Shown piece by piece: positions 55,385 through 64,000 of a DNA stretch of 64,000 nucleotides (position 1 is the stretch's first letter; each line of letters starts with the position of its first letter). Location of the stretch: positions 41,230,001-41,294,000 of the forward strand of contig NC_042997.1 of NCBI RefSeq assembly GCF_006345805.1, in the 5' to 3' direction. Origin of the DNA: Octopus sinensis. Lineage: Eukaryota. A program made the position numbers and the translations under genes. A model generated the notes under the pieces. That model made no database searches and was not told where the DNA came from. It saw only the letters and a program-made list of their open reading frames with translations.

Positions 55385-57615
55385 TATTTTAATGTGGCTA
55401 TAGCCAAGACAGGTATACACAGCCAAAAGTGAAGCGGAAAAGAATAAGTTTGCCAATGTCCAGAGACGTGAGGACCAAAGAACAGATATTTCGGATTGCA
55501 AGACAGTGTGTGACAGAAAATTGTGATGTCACAGGAGAGAAATGTGTTCGAATGGATAATGGTGCACTTGCTTTTAGTGATTCTGAAAAGAAAGAGGCTT
55601 GGAGAAGCCATTATGAAAGACTGCTGAATGTTGAGAATGAATGGGAGGAGGAGAGCCTGCCAAATGTTGACCCAGTAGAGGGACCAGCTATCCAAATAGA
55701 CAGCTCCCTAGTAGTTAAAGCAATTAAGGATATGAAGCTAGGAAAAGCCCCTGGGCCATCAGGAATCACTGCTGAGATGCTTAAAGCATCTGGTGGTGTG
55801 GGCTATGGCTTAGTCACCCGCATTGTAAACCAGGTAGTACATAACAGAGTTATACCCAATGACTAGCGTAGCAGCACCATATAGTCAACTGCTACAAGAG
55901 TAAAGGTGATGCTCTAGATAGGAATAACTACAGGGATATTAAACTGCTGGATCAGGTGATGAAGTTCACAGAGAGGGTCATAGTCCATCTCATTAGGGAG
56001 AGAGTCTGCTTAGATGAGATAGAGTTTGGTTTTGTTCTGGGTAGAAGCACCACTGATGGCATATTCCTGGTTTGACAACTGCAGGAGAAATACCTAGCTA
56101 AAGATAAACCCCTCTACTTAGCTTTTGTGGACTTGGAGAAAGCCTTTGACAGGGTCCTCCCAATCCCTTATCGGATGGGCAATGCGGAAACTGGAGATTG
56201 ACGAATGGTTGATAAGGGCTGTACAGGCCCTATACAGAGAGGCCATTAGTAAGGTCAGGATTAGCAACAAGTATAGTGAAGAATTCCGGGTAGAAGTAGG
56301 GTCCACCAAGGTTCAGCCCTTAGTCCCTTTCTATTCATCATAGTCCTCCAGGCAATAACAGAGGAATTCAAGATGGGTTGCCCCTGGTAGCTCCTCTATG
56401 CTGATGACCTGGCCCTCATAGCAGAATCACTACCAGAACTAGAAAAGCAATTTTGGGTGTGGAAGCTAGGTTTAGAATCAAACGGCCTTAGAGTAAATGT
56501 AGCAAAGACTAAATTTATAGTAAGCAGAAAGGCGAACTCATCACACACACCCTCAGGCAGGTGGCCCTGCTCGATCTGTAGACAAATTGTAGTTAGAAAC
56601 TCCATAAGATGTACCCAGTGTAAGCTATGGACGCATAAGAGGTGCAACAACATCAAATGAAAATTAACCGAGAAAATAGCTTTCATGTGTGTCAGATCAC
56701 AGGAGCAATAGACACCACAGATACTCAGAAAACAGATTTCATCACACACCAGGGGCAGAAACTAAAAGTAGTTGATAGTTTCCACTACCTAGGTGACCAA
56801 GTTAGTAGTTGAGGTGGATGCTCAGAGAGTGTCACCACTAGAATATGAATAGTCTGGGCAAAGTTTAGAAAGCTCCTACCCCTACTAGTGACAAAGGCTC
56901 TCTTGCTCAGAGTGAAAGGTAGATTGTACAATGCATGTGTGTGAACTGCCATGCTTCCTGCACCAGTTTTGCATAGCCCCAGCCCATCCAAAGTACCTTG
57001 GATTGCAGAACGACCTGCTGTGCTCACCTTGGATCATAGGGTGACCTGGTGTGCTTGAGGAGACCTATTGAGTCAAGTACATCAACATCAACAACAAAAT
57101 TAATATCAAATGGAAATTGTAGTTATGATACCTGTGCCGACGGCACGTAAAAACCACCATCTGACCGTGGCCAATGCCAGCGCCGCCTCGTCTGGCTTCT
57201 GTGCCGATGGCACATGACCTGCTGTACTTGAGGAGACCTATTGAGTCAAGTACATCAACATCAAAATAAATATCAAATGGAAATTGTATTTGTGATACCT
57301 GTGCCGGTGGCACGTAAAAAGCACCATCTAAACATGGCTGATGCCAGCGCCACCTTGATTGGCTTGTGCTGGTGGCACGTAATAAGCACCAACTGATCAT
57401 GGCCACTGCCAGCCTCCTCTGACACCTGTGCTGGTGGCACGTAAAAAGCACCCACTACACTCACGGAGTGGTTGACGTTAGGAAGGGCAAGCAGCTGTAG
57501 AAACACTGCCAGATCAGACTGGAGCCTGGTGCAGTCTCCTGGCTTCCCAGACCCCAGTCGAACCGTCCAACCCGTGCTAGCACGGAAAATAGACTTTAAA
57601 CGATGATGATGATGA
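55385..57615 (+). mobile_element. RTE LINE (RT, PHD, internal deletion of the ORF end, duplicated 3'-UTR segment, (GAT)n tail)
   Basis: GKAPGPSGITAEMLK, LLYADD, WPCSICRQ..CTQCKLWTHKRC; 57060-57140 is repeated at 57230-57310. Confidence 0.92.
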
Positions 57616-57719
57616 AGATGAATGGTATATAATAGTAATTTTGATCCAAAGGATATAACTAAGTTTTAATTTCCTACAATTAATTTTTGTTTATTTATTT
57701 GAGAATCAGAACTTATTAA

Positions 57720-58600
57720 TTAAACATTTCAGCTTACGTTTGCATTTAATTTTTCTTTCATCCTGGGCATTGAGCAATGTTGTTTTAGCCCATAAAATCT
57801 GCATAAATTCGTGAGTACACAACAGACAGAACTTATTCCCTATTCTATATGATTTAGTTTTCCTTATTATCTCCCACTTTAGTTCATACTTAATTTCTTT
57901 AAATTTTAGGCTCCAAATGTAAGCCTGTCGAGTTCATTAATTTCTTATTTTTAAATGAGAGCAAATGCTGCGCTATTCTTTGTTTAATTTTATTCAATGT
58001 TGAACCTATGTATGTCCTGTCTGAGCTTACTTCAATATTTCTATTATTTATTTTGCTTTGGTCATTCCTATCTTCATTTAAAGAAACCATACATTTATAT
58101 ACTACATCCATTAAGTTACTTTTGTTTTTAAGTTAAAATTAATTTTTGTCCCTACAATTGCACTTTTTTTATTCTCTACCATTATTATTGGGATAATTAT
58201 TTAATTTATTATAGCAATATTCATTCAACTAATATTTATTTAGTGATGAAATAATATTCCTTACATTATTAGTAGTAGAGTATCCTACTCCTATATTATT
58301 TTTTGAAAATATGTTTCTGTATATTTTATTTTCTATAATAAATGATTCTATTGTTTTAGTGATTTCTTTTATAATATTATCTTTAATCTGGATCCCATAA
58401 GGGACTATCAACCAAATTATTTTATTTTTATCTATGTTTATATTATTATTTCTCGTATCCTTATTTATGCTATTATTGTTATTGTTATCTTTATTATTTA
58501 TAATTGGATCTAATTTTTGCCTATCATTTAATCTTATATATTTCCTTATATTTCTATTTTTAATTTTATTCTTCATTCTATTTATATTTTTTAATGTTTT
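57720..58600 (-). mobile_element. Penelope-like element relic (GIY-YIG endonuclease and preceding linker)
   Basis: VVYKC...TYIGSTLNKIKQRIAQHLLSFKN...NSTGL and IIWLIVPY...IFSKNNIGVGYSTTNNVRNIISSLN resemble PLE C-terminal regions; extremely AT-rich. Confidence 0.7.
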
Positions 58601-58729
58601 TATATGCTCCTTGTATTCTATAAAATTCCAATGTGTTTCTCTATTATAATTATTATGATTGTTATTAATTTGGTTTTTATTTTTATTTCTATTCCCATCT
58701 ACATTTTCTTTTACATTTTTCTATACATT

Positions 58730-58790
<61 letters not shown>

Positions 58791-58876
58791 TAAGCAATTA
58801 AGGGTTTAGCAACGAATTGCCTCACCACACACCGAATTTAGAAATAGCAGTCAAAGAGTTATAGCTATTCTTTCTA

Positions 58877-58932
<56 letters not shown>

Positions 58933-58973
58933 CAGGGGTTGGACAAAATAATGGAAACACCGAGCATCATATA

Positions 58974-60910
58974 ATAGTCAACTGCTACAAAGGTAAAGGT
59001 GATGCTCTAGATACAAATAATTACAGAAGTATCAAGCTGTTGGATCAGGTAATGAAGGTTATGGAGAGGGTCATAGCCCAACTAATTAGAGAGAGAGTTA
59101 GTTTAGATGAGATGCAGTTTGGGTTCGTGCCAGGAAAAAGCACCAATGATGCTATATTTCTGGTAAGACAGCTGCAGGAGAAATACCTAGCCAAAGATAA
59201 GCCCCTGTACTTGGCTTTCGTTGACATGGAGAAAGCATTCGATAGGGTCTCCCGATCCCTTGTCTGGTGGTCAATGAGGAAACTAGGGATAGATGAATGG
59301 TTAGTGAGAGTTGTGTGAGCCATGTACAGGGGCACTGCTAGTAAGGTGAAGGTTGGCAACGAGTACAGTGAAGAATTCCAGGTGGAGGTAGGGGCCCACC
59401 AAGGTTCAGTCATCAGCCCCCTCCTATTTATCATAGTCCTCCAGGCAATAACGGAAGAATTCAAGACAGGATGAACCTGGTAGCTCCTCTATGCTGATGA
59501 CCTTGCTCTAATTGCTGAGTTACTATCAGAACTGGAGGAGAAGTTTCAGGTGTGGAAGTAAGGATTAGAATCGAAGGGGCTTAGAGTCAACCTAGCTAAA
59601 ACCAAATCCTAATAAGTAGGAAGGTAGACAAACCACAAACGCCTTCAGGTAGATGGCCCTGCTCGAACTGTAGTAGAGGCGTAGGTAGAAACTCTATAAG
59701 ATGCACCAAGTGTAAGCTATGGACACATAAGATGTGCAGCAATGTCAAAGGAAGGCTAACTAGGAAGATAGTTTTTGTATGTGGCAGATGCTCAGGAGCA
59801 ATAAACACTGAGAATGCGCAGAGACCAACTTCCGCCACATTCCAGGGAGAAAAACTAGAAGTAGTTGATAGCTTCCGCTACCTAGGTGACCAAGTCAGTA
59901 GCGGGGGTGGGTGTGCTGAAAGTGTAACTGCTAGAGTAAGAATAGCCTGGGCAAAGTTCAGAGAGCTCTTACCTCTGCTCATGACAAAAAGCCTCTCGCT
60001 CAGAGTAAAAGATAGACTGTATGATGCATGTGTATGAACAGCCATGCTACATGGCAGTGAAACATGGGCTGTGACTGCTGAGGATATGCGTAAGCTCACA
60101 AGGAATGAAGCCAGTATGCTCCGATGGATTTGTAATGTCAGTGTTCATACTCGACAGAGTGTAAGTACCTTGAGAGAAAAGTTGGACCTAAGAAGTATCA
60201 GTTGTGGCGTGCAAGAGAGACGTTTGCGCTGGTATGGTCATGAGGCGAGAATGGATGTGGATAGCTGTGTGAAAAAATGCTACAACCTAGCAGTTGAGGG
60301 AACCTGTGGAAGAGGTAGACTCAGGAAAACCTGGGACGAGGTGGTGAACCACGACCTTCGAACTTTAGGTCTCACCAAGGAAATGACTAACTAGACCTTT
60401 GGAAGTATGCTGTGCGTGAGAAGACCCGGCAGGACAAGTGAGGCCATAACCTGTAGCCTCTATCTGGGATGTAGCCAGTCCACTTATGCATACCTTTCCT
60501 TCTTGGGACACAAAACTCTACTTGTGGAGACCTGCTGAGGCAAGTGAAAATCAAAATCAAAATCGAAATCGATTAACATCAATGGAAATTGTAGCTGTGA
60601 TGCCAGTGGCACGTAAGAGAACCATTTGAACACCAGTGACGCCCCAACTGGCCTCCGTGCCAGTGGTACATAAAAAGCCCCATCCAATCGTGGCCGTTTG
60701 GCAGGCCCGACTGACACCTGTGCCGGTGGCACGTAAAAAGCACCCACTACACTCACAGAGTGGTTGGAGTTAGGAAGGGCATCCAGCCATAGAAACATTG
60801 CTGGATCAGACTGGGCCTGGTGCAGCCTTCTGGCTTCCCAGACCCCAGTTGAACCATCCAACCCATGCTAGCATGGAAAGTGGAATCTAAACGATGATGA
60901 TGATGGTGAT
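58974..60910 (+). mobile_element. RTE LINE, 5'-truncated, nested in the Tc1 element
   Basis: QFGFVPGKSTNDAIF, LYADD, FRYLGDQV, RLRWYGH, 3' UTR and (GAT)n tail ending at about 60910. Confidence 0.92.
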
Positions 60911-61040
60911 CTATAAAACCTGTTACAGCTTGTCTATTTTTATGTTTTTTGATTTATTATTAGTGTTGCTTAATATGTTTTGACAAAATTGCTGTTTCTT
61001 TTCAGATATCATCTGAAAAACGGAATTAAAATTCATTAAA

Positions 61041-62067
61041 ATGACAGATCTATCGGACTTTCAAAGAGGACAAATTATTGGTGCCCTTATCGCAGGCACT
61101 AGCATAACAGAAACAGCCAAAATGCTTGGCAAATCAAGAAGTACTGCCTCAAAAGTAATGATACCCTTAGAAAAAGAGGGAAAAACCTCCTCAAAAGAAA
61201 ACTCTGGAAGAAAAGCAAAACTTTCAGATAGGGACTGTAAGACTCTTATGTGAATTGTTAGAAAGAATCACAAAAATACAACTCCCAAAAATACTGGAGA
61301 GCTTAATAAGCACCTCGAGAATCCAGTTTCCACAAAAGCTGTTCACCAGGAGCCACACAAAGCTGGATATTACAGGAGGGCTGCAATCAGAAAACCACTA
61401 CTTTCAAAAACAAACATTGCAAAGCATTCAGAGTGGAGTAAAAACCTACAGAATTGGTCACTAGAGCAGTGGAAGAATGTTATTTTCTTAGACAAGTCAT
61501 CCTTTACCTTATTTCTGACCACCAGCCGAGTGTATGTGTGGAGACAGCCAAAAGAAGCATTTAACCAAGACTGCCTTCTTCCAACTTCTAAACATGGAGG
61601 AGGATCTGTGATGATCGGAGGGAAGGGGCCTATATTTTGGAGATGCACCAGCTCAATGGTTTCCCTTCATGGCAGAATTAATAGTCAAGACTATTTAAGC
61701 ATTTCATCTGATCAAATTCATCCTATGGTTGCAGAACTGTTTGTGGAGTGAAAAGAAATCCTTCAGGATGATAATGCACCAATTCACACAGCTAAAGTTG
61801 TTACTGAATGGCACAAGGAACATTCTAGTGAAGTTGAACATCTTATCTGGCCACTTTAGTCCTCAGATCTCAATATTATTGAACATTTTTGATGCATTTT
61901 AGAAAAACATGTAAGGAGTCGATATCCTCCACCATCAGGAACTGGAGACTGTTTTAGCTGAAGAATGGACAAAAATACCTTTGGAGAAAATTCAAACTTT
62001 GTATGAGTCCATACCTCATAGAATTCAAGCTGTAATTACTGGCAAAGGCTGTCCTGCCCCATATTAA
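61041..62067 (+). pseudogene. Tc1-type DD34E transposase pseudogene
   Basis: MTDLSDFQRGQIIG (HTH), GRKAKLSDRD, VIFLDKSSF, KHGGGSVM, QDDNAPIH, SSDLNIIEH, GKGCPAPY*; several stops and frameshifts. Confidence 0.92.
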
Positions 62068-62139
62068 AATAAATTTGTTTGAAACTGTAAGGTGTTTCCA
62101 TTATTTTGTCCAATTATTTTGTATATATATTATGTCCCG

Positions 62140-62455
62140 TGTTGGTGGCACGTAAAAGCACCATCCGTTCGTGTCCATTGCCAGCCTCGCCTGGCCCCGT
62201 GCCGGTGACACGTAAAAGCACCATCCGTTCGTGGCCGTTTGCCAGCTCTGTCTGGCACCTGTGCGGGTGGCACGTAAAAAGCACCCACTACACTCACGGA
62301 GTGGTTGGCGTTAGGAAGGGCATCCAGCCGTAGAAACACTGCCAGATCTGACTGGGCCTGATGAAGCCTTCCAGCTTCACAGACCCCAGTTGAACCGTCC
62401 AACCCATGCTAGCACGGAGAACGGACGCTAAATGATGATGATGATGATGATGATT
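62140..62455 (+). mobile_element. RTE 3' UTR solo copy
   Basis: gtggcacgtaaaagcaccatccgttcgtg subrepeats, terminal block and (GAT)n. Confidence 0.88.
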
Positions 62456-62464
62456 ATTTTGTAT

Positions 62465-64000
62465 ATGAGACGCAGTTCGGTTTTGTGCCAGGGAAAAACA
62501 CCCCTGATGCTATATTTCTGGTAAGGCAACTGCAGGAGAAATACATAGCCAAAGAAAAACATCTGTACTTGGCTTTTGTTGACTTGGAGAAAGCCTTTGA
62601 CAGGGTCCCCTGATTCCTTATCTGTTGGGCAATGCAAAAACTAAGGATCGACAAGTGGTTAGTAAGAGCTGTACAGACCTTGTATAGGGATGCTGTCAAT
62701 AAGGTGAAGGTTGGCAACAACGAGTATAGTGAAGAATTCCAGGTAGAAGTAGGGGTTCACCAAGGACCAGTGCTCAGCCCCCTCTTATTCATTATAGTCA
62801 TCCAGGCAATAACAGAGGAATTCAAGACAGGCTTCTCCTGGGAGCTTCTCTATGCTGATGATCTTGCTCTAATTGTTGAGCCACTGCCAGAACTAGAAAT
62901 GAAGTTCCAGGTGTGGAAGCAAGTTCTAGAATTGAAGGGCCTTAGAGTCAATGTCGTAAAAACCAAAGTCCTAGTAAGTAGGAAAGCAAATAAATCACAA
63001 ATCCCTTTCAGGTAGATGGCCCTGCCCGATCTGTAGAAAAAGCATTGGTAGAAACTCCATAAGATGTACCCAGAGTAAGCTATGGACACATAAGAGGTGC
63101 AGCAATATCAAAGGAAAGTTAACCAGGATGATAGTGTTTGTGTGCAGCTGATGCACAGGTGCAATAAACACTGAAGATGTTCAGAAAACAGATTCTATCA
63201 CATGCCAAGGGATGAAACTAGAAGTAGTTGATAGGTTCTGCTCCCTAGGCAACCGAGTCTGTAGTGTGGGTGATTGCTCTGAAAACGTTGCCACTAGAAT
63301 AAGAATAGGTTGGGCAAAGTTCAGAGAGCTCCTACCTCTGCTGGTAACGAAGTGCCGCTCACTCAGAGTGAAAGGTAGATTGTATGATGCACATGTGTGA
63401 ACAGCCATGCTACTCAGCTGTGAAACACGGGCCATGACTGTTGAGGATATACGTAGGGTTAAAAGAAATGAAGCTAGTATGATCTGCTGGATGTCTAATG
63501 TCAGTGTGCATGTATGGCAGAGTGTAAGCATCTGGAAAGAAATATTGGACATTAGAAGCATCAGATGTGGTGTACAAGAGAGATGACCTTGCTGTATATG
63601 GATGAAGAGAGCTGAGTGAAGAAGTGTCATACCCTAACAGTGGAAGGAACCCATGGAAGAGGGAGACCCAGGAAGACATGGGATGAGGTGGTGAAGCACG
63701 ACCTTTGAACATTGGGCTTCACAGAAGCAATGACAAGAGACCGAGACTTTTAGAGATATGCTGTGACTGAGAAGACCCAGCAAGCAAAGTGAGACCACAG
63801 CCATAGACTACACCAATGTCGCATAACCAGCCCTTTAAAAGTACCTTTGAATCCCCATGTGATGTGCAATGCTTGAGAGGACATATTAAATCGAGTAAAA
63901 TCAAAATCAAAAATCAGAAACCAAAAGCAAATCAAGATTGAAATCAAAATGGAAATGGAAATTGTAGTTGTGAGCAATGCCAGTGCCACCTGACTGGCAC
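62465..64000 (+). mobile_element. RTE LINE, 5'-truncated, running off the window end
   Basis: QFGFVPGK, GVHQGPVLSPLLF, LLYADD, PHD segment and the start of the 3' UTR. Confidence 0.9.

Larger units (their letters stand above)
58933..62121 (+). mobile_element. Tc1/mariner DNA transposon interrupted by an RTE LINE
   Basis: Perfect 23-bp inverted repeat at 58939-58961 / 62091-62113, TA flanks, and a transposase at 61041-62067. Confidence 0.88.

Overview
AT-rich, repeat-dense animal genomic DNA. Its repeat families suggest a coleoid cephalopod, probably Octopus (inference). One host gene is visible: a minus-strand, multi-exon PARP14-like macro-domain gene. I reconstructed nine coding exons by hand (48168 down to 12498; 3,210 nt = 1,070 codons, all GT-AG and in frame). 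They encode three RRM-like repeats, a long middle region where PARP14 has KH domains, and two macro domains. No WWE or PARP catalytic exon was found, so the 3' part probably lies beyond position 1. The rest is mostly decayed mobile DNA: many RTE-clade LINEs and their solo 3' ends, several SINE families, R4/Dong-like and Penelope-like relics, three Helitron pieces, a hAT MITE and a Tc1 element split by a LINE. The most unusual signals are a PHD finger inside the RTE reverse transcriptase, a hammerhead-like core in a tRNA-headed SINE, a pri-miRNA-shaped intronic hairpin, a 12-unit SINE-derived 115-bp array beside the largest exon, and inverted repeat pairs that could form dsRNA in the pre-mRNA. 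TE boundaries are approximate unless TIRs or TSDs are given.
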